Shown here: positions 40,439-49,303 of the stretch, piece by piece
How positions within the stretch are numbered: position 1 is the stretch's first letter
How the letters are laid out: each line of letters starts with the position of its first letter
Assembly: GCA_963761335.1 (NCBI GenBank)
Contig: CAVXGR010000018.1
Location: 608,001 to 672,000 of the forward strand
Length of the DNA: 64,000 bases
From: an uncultured delta proteobacterium
Lineage (GTDB): Bacteria; Desulfobacterota; Binatia; HRBIN30; BPIQ01
Reading direction: 5' to 3'
Position numbers and translations under genes: made by a program
Notes under the pieces: generated by a model
Told to the model about the DNA's origin: nothing
Seen by the model: the letters and a program-made list of their open reading frames with translations, nothing else
The model's database searches: none

Positions 40439-40982
40439 GTGGAGAGACGCTGCGTGCTGACGTTCGATGCCTCCTCGGCGGAGTGCCTGGTGTTCACCTT
40501 CAAGGACGGGCTGCTCTCGGGCATGGCGCACGACCTGAAGATCCGCGTCAGTCGGTTCGAAGTCCGGGTCGACGAATCGTCGCGGCGCATCGAGGCGGAG
40601 TTCGACCCGCGTTCGCTGCGCGTCGTTGCCGCCGTCAACGGGCAGGTCGAGCGGCGCGGTGCTCTCACCCCCGCCAACAAGAGAGAGATCGAGCGCAACA
40701 TCGTCCAGGAAGTGCTCCATGCCAAGACCTATCCGCGGATCGAGTTCGTGTCGCGCGAGGTCGTCGAAAGCGACTCGAGCTATCGCGTCAAGGGCGATCT
40801 GACGCTCCACGGGGCTTGCCGTCCGCTCCCGGTGCGGGTGCTCCACAGCGGTGGGGCGTACGTCGCCGAGGCGACGCTTCATCAGCCCGAGTTCGGCATC
40901 CGGCCCTACACCGCGATGTTCGGGAGCTCTGAAGGTCAAGGCGGACGTGCGCATTCGCCTCACCATTCCCGAACCGAAGTGA
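40439..40982 (+). pseudogene. YceI-like protein with a +1 frameshift near the 3' end (real, or a sequencing error)
   Basis: VFTFKDGLLSGMAHDL...YPRIEF...GDLTLHG...FGIRPY; removing one base at ~40922-40925 gives FGALKVKADVRIRLTIPEPK-stop (TGA 40980-40982). Confidence 0.75.
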
Positions 40983-41027
40983 CCGACAGCGGCCACCGGG
41001 CCTAGCGGTTCACTGCCCGGCAGAATC

Positions 41028-42059
41028 TCACTCGAGGCGTTCGAAGATCACCGTCAGCACGGCGGCGCTGGGGACGGCGAGGATGGCGCCGACGACGCTG
41101 AGCAGCGAGCTGCCGATCAGGATGGCGATGATCAGCGTCGCGGCGTTCAGGCGAACCTGGTGCTGCATGATGTTGGGGACCAGGAGATGGTTCTCCGCCT
41201 GCTGCTGTACGACGAAGAACACGAGCACGGCGAGCGCCAGCTGCCATGACTGGGTAAGAGCGACGCCGATCGCTGGAATCGCCGCCAATACCGGCCCCGC
41301 ATAGGGGATCAGCTCGCCGACCGCGGCGATCAGCGCCAGCACGTAGAAGTAGGGCAACCCCATCAGCCCGAGAGCGATCGCCGTGGTAGAGCCGATGATC
41401 GCTGCGAGAATCAGCTGGCCGATGAGCCAGGCGCTCACCCTTTCCGTGACCTCGTCACACGTGGAGCGCACCGCCGGCCGCCGCTCGCGCGGGAAGAGGA
41501 GCACGAGCTGGCGAATGAAGTCGTCCGACTCGATCAGCAGGTAAAGGCTGAGGATGAAGATGACGAGCGCTCCGAAGAGGCCGCCGATGAGGTTCCAGAA
41601 GGTGAAGACCACGGCGCTCAGCATCTTCGGGCCGGCCGGCACGCTCTTCAAAAGTTCGCCGAGCGATCCCCGCTGCAGGATCCCCGTGCGCGCCAGAAAG
41701 CTCTCCAAGTGATCGAGAAGGTCCGGCAACTGCCCCGCCAGCCCTTGGGCCTGGTGGATCACGGTGGGGAGCACGGCGTACGCCACCAGGCACGCCCCGC
41801 CGAAGATCGCCGCGTACAGCAGCAGCGCCGCGACCCAGTGGGGAAGGCGCCGCTCGCTTCGGGGAAAGAAGTTCTGGTTCTCGATGAAGCGGACGACCGG
41901 GCTGAAGCCAATGGCGAGCAGGGCGCTGATGTATATCAGGATGAGCGCCCTGCGCGCCGCGTAGAGCGCCCACGCCGCCCCCAGGGCGACGATCGCGAAG
42001 AGGATGGCGTAGCGAATCAGAGCACGTGGGTCGCCCTTCTCGTCCTGCAGTAGCGTCAT
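41028..42059 (-). CDS. AI-2E family transporter
   Basis: Multi-TM; ELIPYAGP, QQAENHLLVP, GAILAVP. Confidence 0.92.
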   Translation of the reverse strand: MTLLQDEKGDPRALIRYAILFAIVALGAAWALYAARRALILIYISALLAIGFSPVVRFIENQNFFPRSERRLPHWVAALLLYAAIFGGACLVAYAVLPTVIHQAQGLAGQLPDLLDHLESFLARTGILQRGSLGELLKSVPAGPKMLSAVVFTFWNLIGGLFGALVIFILSLYLLIESDDFIRQLVLLFPRERRPAVRSTCDEVTERVSAWLIGQLILAAIIGSTTAIALGLMGLPYFYVLALIAAVGELIPYAGPVLAAIPAIGVALTQSWQLALAVLVFFVVQQQAENHLLVPNIMQHQVRLNAATLIIAILIGSSLLSVVGAILAVPSAAVLTVIFERLE

Positions 42060-42113
42060 TCTGTCCCGGGGGGCACGAGTGCGCGTACCGCGATCGCTCG
42101 TGCCCCCTGATCT

Positions 42114-42128
42114 GCACCTCGGATGCCA
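42114..42128 (-). promoter_or_regulatory. Candidate sigma54 promoter of the AI-2E gene
   Basis: Minus strand TGGCAT-ccgag-GTGC; upstream motif TGCAAAACCTACA at 42180-42192. Confidence 0.55.
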
Positions 42129-42254
42129 CTGAGCGCATTCCCGCAGCCCTTGCCGGGACCCTTCAGACTGACGAATCCCTGCAAAACCTACAGAATTGCC
42201 GCGGCCTGGCGGCGTCATCCCGAAGCGAGATGCGGACGAGCCGCCCCGGGCGGC

Positions 42255-42830
42255 TCAGCGGATGATGCGAGTTCCGCTGCCTCCCCACTGATAGCCGAGA
42301 CCAACGTTGACGATGTGGTTGCCGTCGTCGAAATTGCCCGCAGCGCGCTCGACGCGGCTGAAGAACCACTGGTACTGATAGCGAGCGACCAGATACGTCT
42401 GGTCGTTGAGGAAGAACTTGGCACCGACGCTCGGACCCGCGGTGCCCGTGGCGTCTCGATCGTTCCAGACGAGCCCGAGGAAGGCGCCGGCGACCGGAAC
42501 GATGCGGCTCTGGTCGCTGATGCCGAGGAAGTGGTACTCGAAGTAGGGTACCGTGGACACCAGCCAGGTGTCGCGGGCATTGTCGATGAAGGCGTAATCA
42601 AGCCCGCCTCGCAGGCCGACCTCCCAGGATGGATTGTTCAGAAACTTGCCGTAGCTACCCTGGAAATTGACGGTGCCGCTGTCGGACCCCTGGGTGTGGA
42701 AGAACCCCGCGGACACCTGGACGTCGTTGTCGTTTGGCAGTGGCTGGGCCCACAGCGCCGTTGCCGAAAGCAACACTGCGCCGGCGGTGATTGCCGTCAG
42801 ACTCGTCCGGACATACCTGTTCCCTCTCAT
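42255..42830 (-). CDS. Small outer-membrane beta-barrel protein
   Basis: Signal peptide ending LWA; amphipathic beta strands; C-terminal NVGLGYQW beta-signal-like motif. Confidence 0.78.
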   Translation of the reverse strand: MRGNRYVRTSLTAITAGAVLLSATALWAQPLPNDNDVQVSAGFFHTQGSDSGTVNFQGSYGKFLNNPSWEVGLRGGLDYAFIDNARDTWLVSTVPYFEYHFLGISDQSRIVPVAGAFLGLVWNDRDATGTAGPSVGAKFFLNDQTYLVARYQYQWFFSRVERAAGNFDDGNHIVNVGLGYQWGGSGTRIIR

Positions 42831-42951
42831 GCGTCTCTCTCTCCTTTCCTTCGGCCCCGCCGAGCAGTCGGGCGCGGCGCTGGGCCGGTAATGGGGAAGT
42901 GGCCCCAGCGACCAAAAGCGGAATGGTCGGCGGGGGCCGTGCATCCGAAAA

Positions 42952-42966
42952 GCTAGTATGATGCCA
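42952..42966 (-). promoter_or_regulatory. Candidate sigma54 promoter of the beta-barrel gene
   Basis: Minus strand TGGCAT-catac-TAGC; upstream motif GGTAGGGATTACA at 43022-43034. Confidence 0.55.
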
Positions 42967-43173
42967 ACGCGGCAAAGTTGATCGACGATGACATTTGCAT
43001 CTCTAGGCGCTGAGCCGAGCGGGTAGGGATTACAAGCCGTGCTAGGGGTACGCCCTCAGCTTGTGGCGTGTCGGTGGTGCGGCGCGAGTCGCGCTGGATC
43101 GTGGTCGAAGGTAAGCTGCGCGCCGGGCGCGGGGTTCCCGGGGGGCCGAGGCTCCCGTGGAGCCGGCGCACAG

Positions 43174-43716
43174 CTAGGGTCGACTCGGCGGCACGTCGAT
43201 CTTCAGCTGGGCGCTGGGACCGAGATGGGTGTGGTCGTTGCCGGCGAGGAAGACATCGATCGTGTGCGTCCCCAGCGAGAATCCGCGAAATCCGAGCTCG
43301 CTGGCGACGGTGTCGATCAGTGGCCCATTGTCCACCCGATAGTGCAGGTGACCTTCCCCGGGCGTCGGGGCTCGGGCCTCGAAGGGGCTGACGAGAGAGA
43401 GGCCGTGAACCTCGACCTGCACCACCGCGAGGTGGGCGCGGGCGTTCTCCTTCTCGTCGACGAGATGCGCCTGAAGAGAGGCGTTGGTCCCGCCGCTCCC
43501 GGTACTTGGCGCAGCCGAGGTGGCCGCGCTCCCCGAGCCGCCGGGAGTTGCGGTAGCCGGTGAAGCGGTCGCGGCCGCCGCCGTCGGGGTCGGGCGGGGT
43601 GGCGTGTGGGCTGGAGCGCGACGACGGGCCGGGGCCGTGCCCGCCCAGAAGACGACGAGCAATGCCGCCATGCCGAGTCGCTTTTGCCAGCTCGAGGTGA
43701 TTACGGGGAGGCTCAC
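43174..43716 (-). CDS. Exported protein with His-containing Ig-like domain (DUF4399/DUF6130-like)
   Basis: Signal peptide, P/T/A linker, GHLHYRVD...GTHTIDVFLAGNDH. Confidence 0.65.
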   Translation of the reverse strand: MSLPVITSSWQKRLGMAALLVVFWAGTAPARRRAPAHTPPRPTPTAAAATASPATATPGGSGSAATSAAPSTGSGGTNASLQAHLVDEKENARAHLAVVQVEVHGLSLVSPFEARAPTPGEGHLHYRVDNGPLIDTVASELGFRGFSLGTHTIDVFLAGNDHTHLGPSAQLKIDVPPSRP

Positions 43717-43759
43717 GGTGAAGGCCGAAGCAGTTAAGCTGAAGCTGCCGCGGCTCTCG

Positions 43760-44092
43760 CTAGGACCGCGGCAGCTCGGCGTTCAGTGAAGGGGATTTCT
43801 CGCCGCCGACGCGCTCGCGGAACTCGTCGACCCGCTCGCTGACCTCCTCGCGCAGCTCCTGGCCGCTCTGCGGCGCGAAGAGCAGCGCCAGCCCGGCGCC
43901 CACGAGGATTCCGGCGCCGAACAACGCCAGCCCGGGGAGCACGTCGCTGCTGCGGCGACGCGTGCCGATACCGCTGCCGAGAGCGCGGAGGACATCGTCG
44001 CGCGAGGGCAGGTTCTCGAGCAAGTCCGACTTCTTCAGGCCCAAGCTGCGCAGGATCTCTTCGGCGCTCGGAATGTTGTTGGAGATATCCAT
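43760..44092 (-). CDS. YtxH domain protein
   Basis: FGAGILVGAGLALLFAPQSGQELR signature. Confidence 0.88.
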   Translation of the reverse strand: MDISNNIPSAEEILRSLGLKKSDLLENLPSRDDVLRALGSGIGTRRRSSDVLPGLALFGAGILVGAGLALLFAPQSGQELREEVSERVDEFRERVGGEKSPSLNAELPRS

Positions 44093-44460
44093 TACACCTT
44101 CCCTTTCGTCTGGTCGCCGGCGAGCTCGGACCTACCGGCGATCGTCTCGCTTACCTCTTTGAGCACCATGGCCAAAACGATGCGGCTGCCGATGCCGAAG
44201 GCGAGGCGCACGACGTGGGGTGAGAGGCCGCCGCTGAGGACGTACCCGATACCCGCGAACGTCCCCAGGGTGGCGTAGGGGTTCTTCTCGAGGCGATCGT
44301 GCAGAAATCTCTGCCACTCGCTCACCGCCTCCCCGGTGGCGCTGGCGAGCCCGGCGGCGCGCTTCTTCACTTCGCGTGTGCGCTCGAAGACCCGCTCATT
44401 GCTCGCCGGTCCATTGTGCCGGGAATGCTCCGATTCGAAATCCATACTCCACCTCGTCAT
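44092..44460 (-). CDS. DUF883/ElaB-like membrane-anchored protein
   Basis: Helical N-terminus then EKNPYATLGTFAGIGYVLSGG; coupled to neighbouring genes. Confidence 0.7.
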   Translation of the reverse strand: MTRWSMDFESEHSRHNGPASNERVFERTREVKKRAAGLASATGEAVSEWQRFLHDRLEKNPYATLGTFAGIGYVLSGGLSPHVVRLAFGIGSRIVLAMVLKEVSETIAGRSELAGDQTKGKV

Positions 44461-44648
44461 GCGTACTTGGCGACGGCCCGGCCAATGACGTATCCCGCGG
44501 TGAGAGCCAGGGCGACAGCCAGGAAAGGACGCTCGCTGGCGAGGGTGCGGGTGTTGTGGTCGAGCCGCTGCAGATACGGGCGGACCTGCCGAATCGCCGG
44601 CCGCGCCCGCGGGCGCAGAGACTCGGTCGCGCTGCTGTAGTTTTCCAT
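44457..44648 (-). CDS. Small DUF883/ElaB-like tail-anchored protein
   Basis: AAGGAGG RBS; ERPFLAVALALTAGYVIGR C-terminus. Confidence 0.75.
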   Translation of the reverse strand: MENYSSATESLRPRARPAIRQVRPYLQRLDHNTRTLASERPFLAVALALTAGYVIGRAVAKYA

Positions 44649-44678
44649 GCAGTCCTCCTTACTCAGTCGGGGCGAAGC

Positions 44679-44915
44679 TCATTCTGTCGAATCCCTCCGG
44701 CTTCCGAACCACAGCCCGATGAGAAAGCCGCTGAAGATCCACGGCAGCGGATGCCGGCTGATCTGCCGGTCGATTCCCAGTGGATGGGTGACCGCCTCGC
44801 GCAGCTCCTGCAGAGCCTGTTGAAGCTGGCGCTGGTCGCGCTCGACCGATTGCCGCAGCTCTTCGCGATCGTCGTTCGGTCGCGACATCTCTCTTTCCAC
44901 CGCGCTTCCCATCAC
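44679..44915 (-). CDS. Small coiled-coil tail-anchored protein
   Basis: Coiled coil then RHPLPWIFSGFLIGLWFGSRR; start may be at 44888. Confidence 0.7.
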   Translation of the reverse strand: MMGSAVEREMSRPNDDREELRQSVERDQRQLQQALQELREAVTHPLGIDRQISRHPLPWIFSGFLIGLWFGSRRDSTE

Positions 44916-45337
44916 TGGATCTCCGCCGCCCGCTGCGCCGTCGCCGTTGATGACGGGCCTTCCTCTCCGCCGTTCATCTCCCGGCCGCCGCGGACGAAGA
45001 GGACGGCACCGATGGCGCCGTTGACCACGCCGACGAGCGCCAAGCTGGCGCTCAGCGGCAGGGCGCGATCGAGCAGGATCACCGCCATGGCCATGATTGC
45101 CGCCCAGCCGCCGATGACGAAGAGAGTGCCGGCCGCGAAGAATACGGAAGCGCGCAGCGCCCGTTCCAGCATCTCACGCGCATCCAGACGCACCAGCTCG
45201 ATGCGGTCGAGGATCACCTGCTGGCCCGCCTCGATCACGTGGGTCAGGGCGGTGGCGACCGACGCCTCGCCGTTGGTGTGGTTCTGCCGTTCGATTGCTG
45301 TCTTCATCGCCGTTGGAGAGAGTGGGAAGCGTGCCAT
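44912..45337 (-). CDS. Phage-holin-family (YqjE/DUF1469-like) membrane protein
   Basis: IELVRLDARE followed by two TM helices; first gene downstream of the sigma54 promoter; start at 45337 or 45307. Confidence 0.75.
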   Translation of the reverse strand: MARFPLSPTAMKTAIERQNHTNGEASVATALTHVIEAGQQVILDRIELVRLDAREMLERALRASVFFAAGTLFVIGGWAAIMAMAVILLDRALPLSASLALVGVVNGAIGAVLFVRGGREMNGGEEGPSSTATAQRAAEIQ

Positions 45338-45423
45338 CTCGTTTCGCCGCTGCCGCATTGGCGCGATCCGCGTCTCGAGTCCGCTGGCGCGCGTGTTCTT
45401 CCCTCGATCCCCAGGGTGGCAGG

Positions 45424-45438
45424 GCAACTCCCGTGCCA
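45424..45438 (-). promoter_or_regulatory. Consensus sigma54 promoter of the holin-like/DUF883/YtxH operon
   Basis: Minus strand TGGCAC-gggag-TTGC; upstream motif TGTAAAACTTGCA at 45523-45535. Confidence 0.8.
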
Positions 45439-45568
45439 GGAACCGATCGAGCCGACGGCAATACGCGCCGAGAGGATTTGCTCGTGTGGCACAGCGGGCG
45501 TCTTCCTTTTGATCCCTGTACATGTAAAACTTGCACGCAAGCCGGGTCTCGCCAGGGGCTCGCTCCGC

Positions 45569-47347
45569 ATGCGTTTAGCGATCAAGGGCACTCTAGCGTT
45601 TCTGGCGCTCTACATGGCCGTGCTGGCGGGCGCCGGCTTGTGGGTGGAGTACCAGCTGCGCTCGCTGTCGGTGGCTCTGGTCGACGAGACCGCCCGCTTG
45701 ATGGGGAGCGAGATCGCCAAGACCGTCTCCGACTCGGCGCGCGAGCAGCTCATCGATCCCAACGCCGACACCCGCCGCCGGCTCGACCGCATCGTTGCCG
45801 ACCTCACCGAGCAGTCGGACATCGTCACCTCCATCGCCGTCGTCGACAACGACGGCAGAGTGGTGGCGAGCGACAAGATTCCCGCCGGGCAGCAGCTGGC
45901 GCTGCCGCAGGTCGTCTTTGGCGATAGCCTGCGCGTGCAGGCGGTGACGCCGAGCTCGCGGGGCGGTGACTATCATCTGTTCGTGCCGCTCACCCAGTCC
46001 GGTTCGCTGGTGGGATACGTGCGGCTGTCGCTGAAGAGCCGGCGCCTCAACCAGCTCTACATGCGCACCCGGCGTCGCTTCTTCTTCGCGGCGATGGCCG
46101 GTCTCACCGCGGTCGCCGCCTTTGCGCTGCTCCTGCACCTGCAGCTGACGCGCAGCAGCCGCTCCCTGGCCATGGCGCTGCAGGCGGCGGTGCGCGGCGA
46201 CTCCGTCGACAGCGCGCGCGCCAACGAGTTCGCGCAGGCCCTGGAAGTGGCGCAGCGCGTCGGCCAGGAGCTCACGGCGGCTCGGCACCAGCACTCACGG
46301 GTACAGCGCCGCCTCGGCCTGCTGATGGAGGCGATGAACGTCGGTGTGCTGCTGCTCGATAGCCAGCGCGACGTGGACTTCGCCAACCCCCAGGCGCTCG
46401 AGCTCCTCGGCTGCTCGAGCCTCGCCGAGCTCGAGCGTCACTGGCCGCAGATCCGCGCCGCCCTCGACACGGCGACGCGGCGGCCCCGCGCGGTCGGTGG
46501 CAGTGGTCCCGCGGAGGTCGACGCCGAGGTGCCGAGCGCCGGCGGGGTGCGGCAGCTGCGCGTCGAGCAGTACGCGCTCGCCGAGGACGAATGCGAGGGC
46601 TCGCTGCTGATGCTGAAGAGCCGCGACACCATCGACGCCCTCGAGAAGGAGCTGGGCCTGGCCATGCAGATGCGGGGGCTGGCGCGTTTCTACGCGGCCT
46701 TCGCCCACGATCTGAAGGCGCCGCTGAACGCCATGGTGATGAACCTGGAGCTTCTCCGGCAGTCGGTGCTGCGCGAGCCCGAGGCCGCCCAGCACGAACG
46801 CCAGCTGCGCTATACCAACGTTCTCATCGAAGAGCTCTCGCGGCTCGACCGGCAGCTGCGCAGCCTCCTGAACCACGTGGCGCCCTCGGGCGAGTCGCCG
46901 CAGGAGTTCGATCTGCGCGACGTCGTCGTCGACCTCGGTGCCCTGCTGCAACCCCAGGCGCGGCGGCAGAGCGTCGAGTTGAAAACAGCTGTCCCCGAGC
47001 AGGCGATCGTCTTCTCCGGCTACCGCGATCGCCTCAAGCAGGCGATGCTCAACCTGGCGATCAACGCGCTCGAGGCAATGCCCGACGGCGGCGAGCTGCA
47101 GCTCGGGCTGCAGCTGCAGGACGGGCAGGCCCGCCTGACCGTGCGCGACAATGGACCCGGTATCCCGGCGGACACGCTCGAGCGCATGTTCGACATGCAC
47201 TTCACCACCAAGTCCGGTGGCACGGGCGTGGGCCTCTACGTGGCCCGCTCGGTTGCCGAAGCCCACGGCGGCCAGATCGGCGTCGACACTGATCTTGCTC
47301 GCGGCACCTGCTTCCAGGTAGACTTGCCGCTGATCCACACGACATGA
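45569..47347 (+). CDS. Membrane sensor histidine kinase with PAS-like domain
   Basis: Two TMs; AHDLKAPLN H-box; NLAINALEA, DNGPGI, FTTK..GTGVGL. Confidence 0.95.
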   Translation: MRLAIKGTLAFLALYMAVLAGAGLWVEYQLRSLSVALVDETARLMGSEIAKTVSDSAREQLIDPNADTRRRLDRIVADLTEQSDIVTSIAVVDNDGRVVASDKIPAGQQLALPQVVFGDSLRVQAVTPSSRGGDYHLFVPLTQSGSLVGYVRLSLKSRRLNQLYMRTRRRFFFAAMAGLTAVAAFALLLHLQLTRSSRSLAMALQAAVRGDSVDSARANEFAQALEVAQRVGQELTAARHQHSRVQRRLGLLMEAMNVGVLLLDSQRDVDFANPQALELLGCSSLAELERHWPQIRAALDTATRRPRAVGGSGPAEVDAEVPSAGGVRQLRVEQYALAEDECEGSLLMLKSRDTIDALEKELGLAMQMRGLARFYAAFAHDLKAPLNAMVMNLELLRQSVLREPEAAQHERQLRYTNVLIEELSRLDRQLRSLLNHVAPSGESPQEFDLRDVVVDLGALLQPQARRQSVELKTAVPEQAIVFSGYRDRLKQAMLNLAINALEAMPDGGELQLGLQLQDGQARLTVRDNGPGIPADTLERMFDMHFTTKSGGTGVGLYVARSVAEAHGGQIGVDTDLARGTCFQVDLPLIHTT

Positions 47348-47359
47348 CCGTCTAAAGCT

Positions 47360-48736
47360 ATGCCACACGCACTCGTTGTCGAGGACGAGCCGAACTCTCT
47401 GAGCGCCCTGGCGGAGCTGGTCGGCGAGGAAGGATTCTCGGTCGCCACTGCCCGGACGCTCGAGGACGCCGGCGAACGGCTGCGCCAGCAGGTTCCGGAC
47501 GTCATCCTGATCGATCTGATGCTGCCCGACGGCAGCGGCATGGACCTGCTGCGCGATCTGGAATCTCCGTCGCCCGTTGACGTGGTCATGATCACCGGCC
47601 ACGCCAGCATCGACTCCGCGGTTGAGGCGCTGCGCATGGGCGCTTCCGACTACCTCACCAAGCCCCTCGACATCGCCCGCCTGAAGACCGTGCTGGCCAA
47701 TGTGGCGCGGCGCCGCGAGCTGCGCGACGAGATCGATACCCTGCGCGGCGAGCTGCGCAAGCTCGGTCGCTTCGGCGCCATGATCGGCGCCTCGCCGCAG
47801 ATGGAGCGCGTCTACGACCTGGTCGGGCGCGTGGCGCCGACCGAGGCCACCGTGCTGATCACCGGTGAGAGCGGCACGGGTAAGGACCTGGTGGCGCAGA
47901 CGCTGCACCAGCTCAGCCGCCGCCGCAAGGCGGCGTTCATCCCCGTCAACTGCGGCGCCATCTCCCCGAATCTGATCGAGAGCGAGCTCTTCGGCCACGA
48001 GCGCGGCAGCTTCACCGGGGCCGACCGGCAGCACAAGGGGCATTTCGAGCGCGCCTCGGGCGGCACCATCTTCCTCGACGAGATCACCGAGATGCCGCTC
48101 GAGCTGCAGGTCAAGCTGCTGCGCGTCCTGGAGACCGGCACGGTCATGCGTCTCGGCGGCGAGAAGGCGTTCGAGGTCAACGTCCGCGTCGTCGCCGCCA
48201 CCAATCGCAGCCCCGAGCAGACGGTCCAGGAGGGCAAGCTCCGCGAAGATCTCTTCTACCGGCTGAAGGTCTTCCCGGTGAACCTCCCGCCCCTGCGCCA
48301 GCGCCAGGACGATGTCGATCTGCTCGCCAACCATTTTCTCCAGCAGCTGAACCAGGCGAACGGAACCTCCAAGCAGTTCTCGAAGTCCGCCCTCCAACGG
48401 CTGCGCAGTCATCGCTGGCCCGGCAATGTCCGCGAGCTGAAGAACCTGGTGCACCGGGCGTTCATCCTCGCCGATGACGAGATCGGCCCGGAGTGCCTGC
48501 CTTCTGACGTTGACGGCCCGAGCGAGATGATCTCGATCGGCAACGCCGGGTCCGGCCCCATGCTTCAGGTGCGGGTCGGCACCTCCGTCGCCGAAGCCGA
48601 GAGGCGGCTGGTGCTGGCCACCCTCGACCAGTTCCAGGGCGACAAGCAGCGCGCCGCAGAAGTTCTGGGCATCAGCCTGAAGACGCTCTACAACCGCCTG
48701 AACGCCTACAAGAGCGAGGCCTCGGCTTCCGGCTGA
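47360..48736 (+). CDS. Sigma54-dependent NtrC-family response regulator
   Basis: Receiver domain; GESGTGK, ELFGHERGSFTGA, FLDEI, WPGNVREL; Fis-type HTH. Confidence 0.97.
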   Translation: MPHALVVEDEPNSLSALAELVGEEGFSVATARTLEDAGERLRQQVPDVILIDLMLPDGSGMDLLRDLESPSPVDVVMITGHASIDSAVEALRMGASDYLTKPLDIARLKTVLANVARRRELRDEIDTLRGELRKLGRFGAMIGASPQMERVYDLVGRVAPTEATVLITGESGTGKDLVAQTLHQLSRRRKAAFIPVNCGAISPNLIESELFGHERGSFTGADRQHKGHFERASGGTIFLDEITEMPLELQVKLLRVLETGTVMRLGGEKAFEVNVRVVAATNRSPEQTVQEGKLREDLFYRLKVFPVNLPPLRQRQDDVDLLANHFLQQLNQANGTSKQFSKSALQRLRSHRWPGNVRELKNLVHRAFILADDEIGPECLPSDVDGPSEMISIGNAGSGPMLQVRVGTSVAEAERRLVLATLDQFQGDKQRAAEVLGISLKTLYNRLNAYKSEASASG

Positions 48737-48891
48737 GGGCGCGCGCCGGCCCGGCGCCGCCTGTGGACAAGCTTACAAGCGCCGCGCACGAAGTGCTGCC
48801 GGCGCGACTCTGAGTGGAGGCGCGACTGCGCGTGCGGTCCGATCTCTGCCCTGCACGAATATTGCATGCGGAGCTGCACAGTGTCGTGCGC

Positions 48892-49275
48892 ATGATCGGA
48901 CTGCCGGAGGCGGAGCTCCACGGAAAGAGTGTACTGGTGATCGAGGACGACTCGGCGGTTCGCGAAGCGTTTCACGACTTCCTGGCGCTGTACGGCCTCG
49001 ACGTCGAGTCGGCCGCTGATGCCGGCGAAGCCGTGCGCCAGATGCGCCGCCGACGCTTCGACGTGATCATCAGCGACGTTGCCATGCCCGGAAACGGGCA
49101 CACGGTTGCCGAGTACTTGGATGTGCACCAGCCGAGCACTCCTCTGGTGGTGATCACCGCCTTCGACTGCGAGGGCGAATTGCTCCGCCGGGCCGCGTTT
49201 GCCTACCTGATCAAGCCGGTCTTCCCGGATCGCTTGATTCGCGTCGTCGGCGATGCCATCGCCAGCACCGGGTGA
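48892..49275 (+). CDS. Single-domain response regulator
   Basis: VLVIEDD, DVIISDVAMP, ITA, LIKP. Confidence 0.88.
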   Translation: MIGLPEAELHGKSVLVIEDDSAVREAFHDFLALYGLDVESAADAGEAVRQMRRRRFDVIISDVAMPGNGHTVAEYLDVHQPSTPLVVITAFDCEGELLRRAAFAYLIKPVFPDRLIRVVGDAIASTG

Positions 49276-49303
49276 AGATCGCACGCGCCGGATCCGGCGG
49301 CGC

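Noticed and set aside
44912..45337. Holin-family gene as evidence for a prophage
   Set aside because: There are no phage structural, lysis or integrase genes, and the YqjE-like family is a normal cellular member of stress clusters.
48761..48870. Sigma54 promoter and enhancer upstream of the receiver gene at 48892
   Set aside because: CTGCAC-gaata-TTGC lacks the invariant GG at -24 and the upstream motif is only half-matched; too weak to call.
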